Positions 27,006 to 36,128 of a stretch of DNA of 64,000 nt are shown in pieces. The position numbers and the translations under genes were made by a program. Under the pieces are notes generated by a model. It was not told the DNA's origin and made no database searches. It was given only the letters and a program-made list of their open reading frames with translations. Numbering within the stretch: the first letter of the stretch is position 1; the number at the start of each line of letters is the position of its first letter. Origin of the DNA: a virus (Duplodnaviria; Caudoviricetes); IMG/VR virus record IMGVR_UViG_3300008107_000043, positions 1-64,000 of that record, one strand, 5' to 3'.

Positions 27006-27665
27006 ATGTCATCTTGTCAAGACGATGTTGCAGTTGGTGGACAACTGATGGTAGGTGCGGGATTACCTCCCTCACTTGGAGTTGGTCCCTCAAAAATTAA
27101 CGGTTCTGCATTTGTTGAAGGACCAATGCAGGTTGGTGCAGCTCAGCAATTTGGAAAGGTTGATGCAACTTTAATGGTTGGTCAAACTTTTAATTCTGAA
27201 TCTAAGTCTCCACTATATTCTTTATGGGCAAGACTTTATTCACGGTTTCAAAATTTTGTTCGCGTTGATGTGCTATTGAAATCAAAATACATAGAAGCAG
27301 AAACAATTTATTGCAAACACTTTTATTGTCCAGACAAACATTTCCTAATTGATCACCCTTCAGAACAGGGAAAGAAGTTAGTTTATGGATGTTTGGAAGG
27401 ACCCGAGAATGGTGTTTATGTTCGGGGGAAAGTTTTAAATAGAGATTATATCGAACTTCCTCTTTATTGGAAAGATTTGGTGGATGAAACTACAATTACA
27501 GTTTCATTAACTCCGATTGGTTCTCATCAAGATATTATTGTAAAACGAATTGATGAGAGTAAGGTATACTTGCAAGCAAAACCCGGTATGCCAATTCATT
27601 GTTTTTATCATATTTTTGCTACAAGAAAAGATATTCCTAGATTAGAAGTAGAGGTTCAAGAATAA
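27006..27665 (+). CDS. virion protein with F.IDHP...LEGPE...RG C-terminal domain
   Basis: AAGGAG SD; domain shared with next gene. Confidence 0.65.
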   Translation: MSSCQDDVAVGGQLMVGAGLPPSLGVGPSKINGSAFVEGPMQVGAAQQFGKVDATLMVGQTFNSESKSPLYSLWARLYSRFQNFVRVDVLLKSKYIEAETIYCKHFYCPDKHFLIDHPSEQGKKLVYGCLEGPENGVYVRGKVLNRDYIELPLYWKDLVDETTITVSLTPIGSHQDIIVKRIDESKVYLQAKPGMPIHCFYHIFATRKDIPRLEVEVQE

Positions 27666-28408
27666 TGGCAATTACATTCCAAAAATCAGGTTCCTTTACT
27701 GGACCGGGATTTGATTTTGAATATAGAGATAATGATGATTTTTCTTTACAATTTACTGACTTAACTTTTCCAGACGATGTTGGAATGATTCTTGTAAACA
27801 CATTATCTTCTCCAAATGATTATGTTTATATGCACCTTGCAGGAACAAGCACTGCCAACGTAACGCTTGAAGCAAGTTATGGGAACATTCCTGTTTTTAA
27901 TTTTAATGCAACACAAACTAATTTTAATGGCAATATCACCGCCACTGGAACAATATCTGCTCCTTCCTTTGCTGGTCTTGCTTGGTCAAATTTAGTCAGT
28001 GATGTAAATAGCAAAAAGTCTTTTGATATTTCTCATCCCTCAAAAGAAGGATACAGGCTCAGATATATCTGTGTAGAAGGTCCAGAGGCAGAAGTTTATT
28101 TTAGAGGAAAACTTTCTAATGGAAATGTTATAGAACTTCCAGATTATTGGAAAGATTTGGTTGATATTGAAACTGTAGGTGTGACTCTAACACCAATTGG
28201 ATGTTATCAAGAACTCTTCGTAGAAAAAATTGAATGGGGAAGTAAGATTATTGTGAAAAATAATGCAGGTGGTGCTGTTAATTGTTCTTATGTTGTCTAT
28301 GGAGAAAGAAAAGATGTTGATAAGAATATTTCAGAATATCAAGGAACAAGTCCTGCCGATTACCCAGGAGACAATTCTCAATATGTGATCAATGGTATAA
28401 GGGCTTGA
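27665..28408 (+). CDS. virion protein, paralogous C-terminal domain
   Basis: KSFDISHP...VEGPEAEVYFRG...IELPDYWKDLVD...YGERKD. Confidence 0.65.
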   Translation: MAITFQKSGSFTGPGFDFEYRDNDDFSLQFTDLTFPDDVGMILVNTLSSPNDYVYMHLAGTSTANVTLEASYGNIPVFNFNATQTNFNGNITATGTISAPSFAGLAWSNLVSDVNSKKSFDISHPSKEGYRLRYICVEGPEAEVYFRGKLSNGNVIELPDYWKDLVDIETVGVTLTPIGCYQELFVEKIEWGSKIIVKNNAGGAVNCSYVVYGERKDVDKNISEYQGTSPADYPGDNSQYVINGIRA

Positions 28409-28433
28409 CACCCTCCTCAGGACCTGCTATGAT
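28405..28433 (+). promoter_or_regulatory. strong sigma70-type early promoter
   Basis: TTGACA-N17-TATGAT with extended -10 TG. Confidence 0.8.
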
Positions 28434-28459
28434 ACTTGGGTAATCACGAAACGAACCGA

Positions 28460-28642
28460 ATGCAAGGTGAGTACCTCTCCCGCTGTGTCGTAGACCCTCT
28501 TAAGCGTACTGTGTATCTTTATTCCAGTGAAGGGTCGGAAAAGCAAGTGTCCTGTGATACTGTTGATGAGTTTATGAATGTGCTAGAATTTGTTCGTTCA
28601 ACACTTGATGAAAGTACTCTCTCATACGCAAATCCACTTTAA
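28460..28642 (+). CDS. conserved hypothetical protein
   Basis: MQGEYLSRCVVDP...; start placed downstream of the promoter. Confidence 0.65.
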   Translation: MQGEYLSRCVVDPLKRTVYLYSSEGSEKQVSCDTVDEFMNVLEFVRSTLDESTLSYANPL

Positions 28643-28644
28643 GT

Positions 28645-28685
28645 TCCATTTTTGGTGGTAAAAAATCCCGGCAAAAATTCTCACA
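28645..28685 (+). repeat. intergenic motif copy 2
   Basis: CATTTTTGGTGGTAAAAAATCCCGGCAAAAATT, compare 7135-7171. Confidence 0.55.
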
Positions 28686-28701
28686 CGATACTTTTTTTAA
28701 A

Positions 28702-28881
28702 ATGCGTCCAGAAACAAGAGAATCAATGGAAATGCTTTTCACAGCAAAGTGGAACGTTCCAAAAGCAGCAGAAAACTGTAATCTTACCAATAAAGAAATG
28801 AAGATTACCTTTAACGAATACTGCCGTTTACATCCTGCCACTTATATGGTAGAATGTAGCAATCAACTCAGTCTTCTCTGA
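28702..28881 (+). CDS. hypothetical protein (59 aa, not in ORF track)
   Basis: MRPETRESMEMLFTAKWNVPKAAENCNLT...QLSLL*. Confidence 0.65.
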   Translation: MRPETRESMEMLFTAKWNVPKAAENCNLTNKEMKITFNEYCRLHPATYMVECSNQLSLL

Positions 28882-28890
28882 GTTTTTTAT

Positions 28891-28963
28891 GCCCGTGTAG
28901 TCCAGCGGAAGAGACAGAGCACTTAAAATGCTTCCAGGGTCGGTTCGAATCCGACCACGGGTA
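28891..28963 (+). tRNA. trnL: tRNA-Leu(UAA), short variable loop, CCA not encoded
   Basis: Acceptor GCCCGTG/CACGGGT; anticodon arm GAGCA-CTTAAAA-TGCTT; T arm GTCGG-TTCGAAT-CCGAC; discriminator A. Confidence 0.88.
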
Positions 28964-29012
28964 TTAGAGGATATAAACCTCCTCTAAATAAACAAAAGTA
29001 GGAAAAGTTCCT

Positions 29013-29282
29013 ATGAAGTACAGAATTGATGCCAGGTATTGTTGGTATAATAAGGAAACACAAATTGTTCTAATGTACTTTATAAATCAAATTCCTTTTA
29101 CTTTTGATGAACTTCCAGATGACTCAATTTATGATCTGGAATTAATCAAATTAGCAGACACTGAAAGAAGATTTGAACCAGAGGATTTATACAGAACATC
29201 ATTCTATTTGATTGATGAAGAGTGCCATCCTCTTATGTTTGAACTTGAACTGGAAAATCCAGAAATGTTGCCTGTTGATTAA
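29013..29282 (+). CDS. conserved hypothetical protein
   Basis: Acidic ORF with AGGA SD; CTAAATA upstream. Confidence 0.65.
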   Translation: MKYRIDARYCWYNKETQIVLMYFINQIPFTFDELPDDSIYDLELIKLADTERRFEPEDLYRTSFYLIDEECHPLMFELELENPEMLPVD

Positions 29283-29285
29283 TTT

Positions 29286-29357
29286 GCCCTTGTAGCTCAG
29301 TGGTAGAGCAACGGTTTTGTAAACCGTTGGTCGTCTGTTCAAATCAGATCGGGGGCT
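29286..29357 (+). tRNA. trnT: tRNA-Thr(UGU), CCA not encoded
   Basis: GCCCTTG/CGGGGGC acceptor; GCTC-AGTGGTA-GAGC D arm; ACGGT-TTTGTAA-ACCGT; GTCTG-TTCAAAT-CAGAT. Confidence 0.93.
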
Positions 29358-29379
29358 CTAAATTCTTTATAACTCCAAA

Positions 29380-29553
29380 ATGAACATTAATCTCTGGTAC
29401 TGCGAGTCTATGAAGCAATGGCGTTGGACTCTCACTGACAGTTCTCGTCCTATTCGCAGACAAGAATCAGGACAACAACCATTTCTTCGTGATGCTATGA
29501 ATGATGTAGCAAATACTGTAGAATATATGTTAGAATGCAAACAAAATGAGTAA
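29380..29553 (+). CDS. hypothetical protein (57 aa, not in ORF track)
   Basis: MNINLWYCESMKQWRWTLTD...QESG...AMNDVANTVEY. Confidence 0.65.
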   Translation: MNINLWYCESMKQWRWTLTDSSRPIRRQESGQQPFLRDAMNDVANTVEYMLECKQNE

Positions 29554-29563
29554 TAATACTTAA

Positions 29564-30193
29564 ATGAAGTCGGATTTTTATATAGATAGAGTTGGAAAGG
29601 ATAAAGTAAAAAACTTGCTTTACACTTACCATTATCTAAAAGACGAATCCAAAGATTTCAAAAGTGGTTATAACTACGGTTTATTCAAATCCAGTGTTTC
29701 TGACATTTTGCATATTGGTGACTGCCTCGCTGCTTGCATCTTTACTAAGATCCCCGTCCCAGAAATAGCAGTAGGGGCGTTTGGACTAGAAAGGCATGAA
29801 CAGGAAGGACTTTATGAGTTATCAAGACTTTGCATAGATCCAGAAGTGCAAAAGGAAGAATATAATATCACATCCTGGTTTGTAAGTAGATGTATCAAAA
29901 GGTTTAGGAAAGATGCCACAGTTCGTGCTGTTCTTAGTTACGCTGACTCTAATCACCACTCTGGAACTATATACAGAGCTTGTAATTTTCAGTACTACGG
30001 TTTAACAGACGCCAAAAAAGATTTTTACTATGCTGATGGAACCAAACATTCACGAGGTAGTATCAAAGGTGCTGATGGTGAGTGGCGTAATAGGAGTCGT
30101 AAACATCGGTATCTTATGGTTTTCGACAAGAAACTCAAAGAACAGTTGACTTGGCAAGAACAAGAGTGGTATAATATTAAAGGCGATACTTAA
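29564..30193 (+). CDS. Mom-like adenine-modification enzyme (GNAT fold)
   Basis: YHYL, YELSRLC, SWFVSRCIK, SYADSNHHSGTIYRACNFQYYG, KHRY. Confidence 0.75.
   Translation: MKSDFYIDRVGKDKVKNLLYTYHYLKDESKDFKSGYNYGLFKSSVSDILHIGDCLAACIFTKIPVPEIAVGAFGLERHEQEGLYELSRLCIDPEVQKEEYNITSWFVSRCIKRFRKDATVRAVLSYADSNHHSGTIYRACNFQYYGLTDAKKDFYYADGTKHSRGSIKGADGEWRNRSRKHRYLMVFDKKLKEQLTWQEQEWYNIKGDT
30146..30175 (+). promoter_or_regulatory. sigma70-type promoter inside the 3' end of the mom-like gene
   Basis: TTGACT-N18-TATAAT with TGn extended -10. Confidence 0.6.
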
Positions 30194-30241
30194 CCAAATC
30201 CCTTCCGTGTGCTTCAGAACCTCCCTTGTGGAGGTTTTGTT
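30182..30241 (+). ncRNA. candidate ~60-nt small RNA
   Basis: Bounded by the promoter and a terminator hairpin; no start codon inside. Confidence 0.35.
30215..30241 (+). terminator. terminator hairpin
   Basis: CAGAACCTCC-CTTGT-GGAGGTTTTG. Confidence 0.65.
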
Positions 30242-30282
30242 GTATGATAAATAATCCATAACGGAACTTATAATAAAATAAG

Positions 30283-33200
30283 ATGGGTCTCTCTCGTTTA
30301 GATAATTTTCTAAAGTCTGTTCGTGGTACAATCATATATGTTGATCCAAACAGTCTTGATTCTACGGATAGTATTGAGAATCAAGGAAACTCACTGACTC
30401 GTCCATTTAAAACGATTCAAAGAGCACTAATTGAGGCATCAAGATTCTCTTACCAAAGAGGACTGAATAATGATAGATTTGGCAAAACAACAATTCTTCT
30501 ATACCCAGGCGATCACCTTGTAGATAATCGTCCAGGATGGATTCCTGATGGTTCTAATAATTTTAGACTTAGAAATGGGTCTACAAGTAATAATTTTCCT
30601 GCTTGGGATTTAACATCAAACTTTGATCTCACTACCGCAGATAATGTACTTTATAAAATGAATAGTATTCACGGTGGAGTTATTATTCCTCGTGGTACTT
30701 CAATTGTTGGACTCGATTTAAGAAAGACTAAAATTCGCCCAAAGTATGTTCCCAATCCAACTAACGATAATATTGAAAGATCGTCTATTTTCCGCGTAAC
30801 TGGCGGATGTTATATATGGCAGTTTTCTTTATTTGATGCTGATCCAAATGGACAGTGTTATCTTGATTACACTGAAAATCTTTTTGTACCTAACTTCTCC
30901 CATCACAAATTATCTTGCTTTGAATATGCTGATGGAGTAAATGATGTAAATATTAATGATGTTTTTCAAACATATTCAACAGATCGTACTGACCTGGATA
31001 TGTATTATGAGAAAGTTGGACTTGCGTATGGACAATCATCTGGTCGTGCAATTGAACCAGATTATCCTTCATCTAGTATCGATATTCAACCCAAGATTGA
31101 TGAATATCGTATTGTAGGTTCTACTGGAGCATCTGTTGGTATTTCGAGTATTATTTCTGGCGATGGAATTACTCCATCAAAAATAATTACAGTTACTACT
31201 GAATCTAGCGTATCTGGCCTTGATGTAGATACTCCATTCAGAATTTCTGGTATTATTGCAGAAGGTTATAATGGACAATTTGTTGTAACAGAAAAATTAA
31301 GTGACACTGTAATTAAATATCAAGTTCAAAATGCCCCAGCAGTTGCTTTTCCATCAACGACGGGATCAACTTTATCACTCACTTCCGATACTGTAACTTC
31401 AGCATCTCCATACATCTTTAACATCTCTTTACGTTCTGTTTATGGAATGTGTGGAGTTCTTGCTGATGGTGACAAGGCATCAGGATTTAAATCAATGGTT
31501 ATTGCCCAATTCACGGGCATTGGATTGCAGAAAGATGATAATGCGTTTGTATTGTATAATTCATCTACAGGAACTTATGATGATAATACAGTTCCTGGAA
31601 ATGAGACAATTAGTACAAATTCACGAGCAATCTTTAAACCTGCATATAGGAATTTTCATATTAAGGCAATTAATGATGCATTTGTTCAGAATGTTTCAAT
31701 CTTTGCGATTGGTTATGCTGAACATTTTGTGGTAGAAAGTGGTGGTGACTTTTCCGTTACCAACTCAAACCCTAACTTTGGAGCAAAGGCACTTGTTGCT
31801 TCAGGTTTTAGAAGAAATGCATTTCCTCAAGATGATCTTGGTTATATCACTCATATTATTCCACCAAAAGAAATTTCAAAAGTTGAAACTGCAATTGAAT
31901 TTAATTCAATTGACGTAAGTAAGACCGTTGGTGTTGCATCAACAGGATATCTGTATCTGTATAACCAAACAAACTCTGATGTTGCACCAGAAAATGTTCT
32001 AGAAGGATATCGTATTGGTGCTAGAGAAAATGATACTCTAAAAGTTATAATTTCAGCAGGAAGCACTGCATCCGAATATAGTGCTCGTATTGTAATGCCT
32101 GGATCTCAGACAACTTCTGAGAAGAAATTCTATGTAAGTCGTAGTATTTCTGGTATTAATAATATTTCCAGCAATACACTTTCATTAACACAAAATCATA
32201 CATTTATAAATGGAGAATCTGTTCGCATATTGAGTGATAATGGACAACTTCCTGATGGTTTGTTGCCAAATACAGTTTATTATGCAATTACAAGTAGTAA
32301 TGCAAGTAGTGGACTTACAACAACCACAGAACTGAAACTTGCAAAAACTCAAAACGATGCCATCAGTGCAAGTGAAATTTTAATTAACAACAAAGGAGGT
32401 ATTCTAAGTGTTGTAAGTAGAGTATCTGATAAGAATTCTGGGGACATTGGACACCCAGTTCAGTTTGATTACAGTAATTCGCAATGGTATATTCAAGTAT
32501 CAAACAGTGAAACCGATAATAAGATTTATCCAGCAATCGTAAGTTTTGGTTCAACTATTCTTGGTGCAGCAACTCCTAGAACATATATCAATCGTAAGCA
32601 AGATTCAAGAAGTGCAAATGATATAATTTATCGTCTAAGATATGTAATTCCAGCATCTTCTGGAGTGTATGCAAGACCTCCAAGTGATGGATTTGTTATC
32701 CAAGAATCTAATACCACTATTGGAGCAACTAGCGGAGAGATTCAAACTTATTTTGGTACTGGTTCGATTTCAAATGTAAATCAGCAAAGAAACTTTAGAT
32801 TCGTTGCTGATGCCCAGTGGCAAGCAGGTATTGCATATATCACTACAGAACTTCCTCATAATTTATCAGTAGGATCTGAAGTTAGATTTTTTAATATTAA
32901 GAGTTCGAATAATGTAACTGGTGCAAGTGATTCCGGATATAATGGAACTTATGTGGTAAGTACAATTACAAATGCTAAAGTATTTACATTTGCTTTAGAT
33001 ACTGATCCAGGTGCATTTACAAGTGATATTTCAGCAAGAGATTCTTCTCTCCCATATTTTAAAAGAAGTAAGTATAAGAATACCTATTATAATCTCAAAA
33101 CTCAAGAAGCACAAAAATATATTGCAGGACAACAAGATGGAGTCTATTACTTAACTTTACTAAATTCATCAAATTCTCCAAGTGTTGATCCTTTTGCTGA

Positions 33201-36117
33201 TGAAAAATATTCTCAACCAGTAAAAGAACTTTATCCACAAACAAATCGTGATAATCCGGAATCAGATCCGGATGAGACTCAATCGTTTGCATCTTCCTCA
33301 GTAATTGGTGAAGTTGTAGTTAATGATGTCCGTAAGAGTATTACAAAAGAAACAATCTCCAAAGTTTTATCTGATAGTAATGTAGGTATTGCTATTACTG
33401 ATATTTCTTCAGCAGATGCATCTACACATACTGTACATACTGCTATTGATCATGGATTAAATCGTATCACGCGAGTTAGTATTACTAATCCTGGATCTGG
33501 ATATGGATACGGAAGTGCTACAAGTTTATATAATGCAAGTCTTGTGGGATTTGCTGGATCCACTACTGGAATCTTTGCTACTGCCAAAATAACAGTAGAT
33601 GGATCAGGATCTATTTCTGACATTGCAATTATGGATGGTGGGTCTTCTTATGGAATTGGAAATACTCTTTCTGTTGTAGGTGTTGCAACAACCACAGGTT
33701 ATTCTCCAGCGGTAGTGACAGTTACTCAAATCTATAATAATGTTGGAGATACAATCAGAATTTCTGGAGTATCGTCGGAAGGTTATTCTGCATTTAATGA
33801 TCTTTATAGAATTACAAATGTTACTGTTGGAGCTGGGTATAGATTTGCAGTTTCTTCCGCATCTTCAATCTCAGTTGGTTCAACAACTGGTATCGGAACG
33901 CAATTTACATCAAATGCATTTGCTAACTTAACTGGCGAATCAATTAGAGTTGGTTCATTGGCATATGATAATAATTCAGGAATTGCAACCATTACAACTT
34001 CTAACCGTCATGGATTAAAGGTTGATAATAAGATTCGTTTAATCGGATCTACTGAAGAAATATACAACGGAGATTTTGTTGTTAAAGAAAATCTCAGTTT
34101 AAATTCATTCTCTGTTACGATTGGTGTTGGAACATTTTCTCCGTCAGCCGCAGGAACTCTTTATGCATATCGTGAAGGTGTAACATCAAATGGTGGTACA
34201 ATTACAGTCGATAATGAAAATTTAAATGGTAGAATGATTCCAACTTATGCTGGAATCACAACTACTTTATCAGCACTTATTCCAGATGCACTTACGGACC
34301 AGATTAACATTCAAAACATTGAAAATCTTGATATTAAAATCGGTGATTATTTGACAATTGACGAAGAAATTGTGAGAGTAAAAACAACCATTCCAAGCAC
34401 TCCAACAAATCCAATTTATGTTTTCCGTGGAGTTCTTGGAACAAAGGCAGTTAGTCATGCAGTAAACTCTGTTGTAAGAAGAATTTATGCCAGTCCAATT
34501 GAGTTTCGTAGGCATTCAATTATTCGTGCATCTGGTCATACATTTGAATATGTTGGATTTGGTCCTGGCAACTATTCAACTGCATTCCCCGATAAACAAG
34601 ATCGTCAGATTTCTTCAATAGAGGAACTCCTTGCACAATCAACCAGAAAGGATGGTGGTATTAACTTCTATACTGGTATGAATGATAAAGGCATTTCATA
34701 TTCAGGAAATAAGAAATTAAGTTCAGTTACCGGTCAAGAAGAAATCTTTGATACTCCTGTCCAAACTGTAACTGGTGAAGATATTGGAGGACTTCCTGGA
34801 TTAAATGTTATTACTCCAGTTCAAGGAACATTTAGTCGTTCAATCCGTGTTGATGGTGGTAGTGATGGCAAATCAATTTCTGAGTTTAATGGACCTGTTG
34901 TATTTGGAAATAAGATAACATCAACTTCCAATAAAGGTATTGAAGCATTTTCACTGTTCTTACAGGGTGATGCTACAGTTTCTAGAAAATATACTGTTGG
35001 AGTTACTACACCAACACTTTCAGGTAACCCAGGTGATGTAATTTACTATCAAAATCCAACGAAGGGTGGATATCTTGGATGGGTTTATACTACTGATAAT
35101 GAATGGTATCGTTTTGGTGCTGTCAGCCTTTCCAAAGATTTAAATATTGCTCTCTTTGATCAGGTTGGTATTGCAACTATAAGTCCCGGATCTAATCTTC
35201 TCCAGATTGGTGCAGGTTCTTCACTTGTTTCTATTAATTCAAATGGTGGTGTTGGTATTGGAACCAGTGCAAATCAATTCAAACTTCAGGTAAATGGTAG
35301 TGCAAATTTTATCGGCACTTGCTACGGTTCTTACTTCTCTGGCGATGGAAGTGCATTAACAAATATAAATGTAAGTGCTGCTGGGTGGTCACAAATTAGT
35401 GGTGGAATTTATAATACCTTATTGAGTACTGTTGGTATTGGTACATCAGTTCCTAGATTTAATCTTGAAGTTGGTCCTGTTGGAACATCTGCAACGACAC
35501 TTTATGTTAATGGGCAGGCAGTATTTGCTGGAATTATCACGGCAAATAATGCATTTGTAAGTGGAATGTTAACTGCAACAGCATTTGATCTAAAGTCAAC
35601 ATCAGGTCAAATCAGAGCAGGTATTGTTACTACAACAAATCTTGTAGTTGGTAGTGCTGGAACTACACTCACAACTAATGGTCCATTAATTGGTATTGGA
35701 ACAGCAGTACCAAGAGCAAAACTTGATATTGAAGGGCATACAAGATTTAAGACATATTCTGAAGTTGTTCAAACAATATCAAGTTCGTCTAATATTCTCA
35801 CAATTGATCTGTCTCAGGCACAGTCATTTGATTTTACATTATCGGAAACAGTCAATCAATTTACGATTATTAATGCACCATCTGGAGCAAGTTCATTTGT
35901 TATTAAAATTGCACAAAATGCAACTGGTGGATATCTAGTTGATATTGATGACTTTAGAAATTCTAGTGGAGGAATTTTACCGGTTTATTGGCCAGGTGGT
36001 GGTGTTCTACCAACCGTAACACCAACTGCAAATAGAGCGGATATATATTCATTCAAGACTTTTGATGGTGGGTCATCTTGGTACGGTTTCGTTGACGGAC
36101 AAAACTTTGTTAACTAA
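30283..36117 (+). CDS. very large virion structural / fibre protein
   Basis: MGLSRLDNFLK.VRG.IIYVDP...PFKTIQRAL N-terminus; VGIGT fibre repeats; ADIYSF...DGG..WYG C-terminus; ATAAATA at 30247-30253. Confidence 0.8.
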   Translation: MGLSRLDNFLKSVRGTIIYVDPNSLDSTDSIENQGNSLTRPFKTIQRALIEASRFSYQRGLNNDRFGKTTILLYPGDHLVDNRPGWIPDGSNNFRLRNGSTSNNFPAWDLTSNFDLTTADNVLYKMNSIHGGVIIPRGTSIVGLDLRKTKIRPKYVPNPTNDNIERSSIFRVTGGCYIWQFSLFDADPNGQCYLDYTENLFVPNFSHHKLSCFEYADGVNDVNINDVFQTYSTDRTDLDMYYEKVGLAYGQSSGRAIEPDYPSSSIDIQPKIDEYRIVGSTGASVGISSIISGDGITPSKIITVTTESSVSGLDVDTPFRISGIIAEGYNGQFVVTEKLSDTVIKYQVQNAPAVAFPSTTGSTLSLTSDTVTSASPYIFNISLRSVYGMCGVLADGDKASGFKSMVIAQFTGIGLQKDDNAFVLYNSSTGTYDDNTVPGNETISTNSRAIFKPAYRNFHIKAINDAFVQNVSIFAIGYAEHFVVESGGDFSVTNSNPNFGAKALVASGFRRNAFPQDDLGYITHIIPPKEISKVETAIEFNSIDVSKTVGVASTGYLYLYNQTNSDVAPENVLEGYRIGARENDTLKVIISAGSTASEYSARIVMPGSQTTSEKKFYVSRSISGINNISSNTLSLTQNHTFINGESVRILSDNGQLPDGLLPNTVYYAITSSNASSGLTTTTELKLAKTQNDAISASEILINNKGGILSVVSRVSDKNSGDIGHPVQFDYSNSQWYIQVSNSETDNKIYPAIVSFGSTILGAATPRTYINRKQDSRSANDIIYRLRYVIPASSGVYARPPSDGFVIQESNTTIGATSGEIQTYFGTGSISNVNQQRNFRFVADAQWQAGIAYITTELPHNLSVGSEVRFFNIKSSNNVTGASDSGYNGTYVVSTITNAKVFTFALDTDPGAFTSDISARDSSLPYFKRSKYKNTYYNLKTQEAQKYIAGQQDGVYYLTLLNSSNSPSVDPFADEKYSQPVKELYPQTNRDNPESDPDETQSFASSSVIGEVVVNDVRKSITKETISKVLSDSNVGIAITDISSADASTHTVHTAIDHGLNRITRVSITNPGSGYGYGSATSLYNASLVGFAGSTTGIFATAKITVDGSGSISDIAIMDGGSSYGIGNTLSVVGVATTTGYSPAVVTVTQIYNNVGDTIRISGVSSEGYSAFNDLYRITNVTVGAGYRFAVSSASSISVGSTTGIGTQFTSNAFANLTGESIRVGSLAYDNNSGIATITTSNRHGLKVDNKIRLIGSTEEIYNGDFVVKENLSLNSFSVTIGVGTFSPSAAGTLYAYREGVTSNGGTITVDNENLNGRMIPTYAGITTTLSALIPDALTDQINIQNIENLDIKIGDYLTIDEEIVRVKTTIPSTPTNPIYVFRGVLGTKAVSHAVNSVVRRIYASPIEFRRHSIIRASGHTFEYVGFGPGNYSTAFPDKQDRQISSIEELLAQSTRKDGGINFYTGMNDKGISYSGNKKLSSVTGQEEIFDTPVQTVTGEDIGGLPGLNVITPVQGTFSRSIRVDGGSDGKSISEFNGPVVFGNKITSTSNKGIEAFSLFLQGDATVSRKYTVGVTTPTLSGNPGDVIYYQNPTKGGYLGWVYTTDNEWYRFGAVSLSKDLNIALFDQVGIATISPGSNLLQIGAGSSLVSINSNGGVGIGTSANQFKLQVNGSANFIGTCYGSYFSGDGSALTNINVSAAGWSQISGGIYNTLLSTVGIGTSVPRFNLEVGPVGTSATTLYVNGQAVFAGIITANNAFVSGMLTATAFDLKSTSGQIRAGIVTTTNLVVGSAGTTLTTNGPLIGIGTAVPRAKLDIEGHTRFKTYSEVVQTISSSSNILTIDLSQAQSFDFTLSETVNQFTIINAPSGASSFVIKIAQNATGGYLVDIDDFRNSSGGILPVYWPGGGVLPTVTPTANRADIYSFKTFDGGSSWYGFVDGQNFVN

Positions 36118-36128
36118 AGGAGATTGAT

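Noticed and set aside
28572-28841. 89-aa minus-strand ORF
   Set aside because: Overlaps two plus-strand ORFs driven by the 28405 promoter
28891-28963. Group I intron in tRNA-Leu(UAA), as in many cyanobacteria
   Set aside because: Anticodon loop is contiguous (CTTAAAA)
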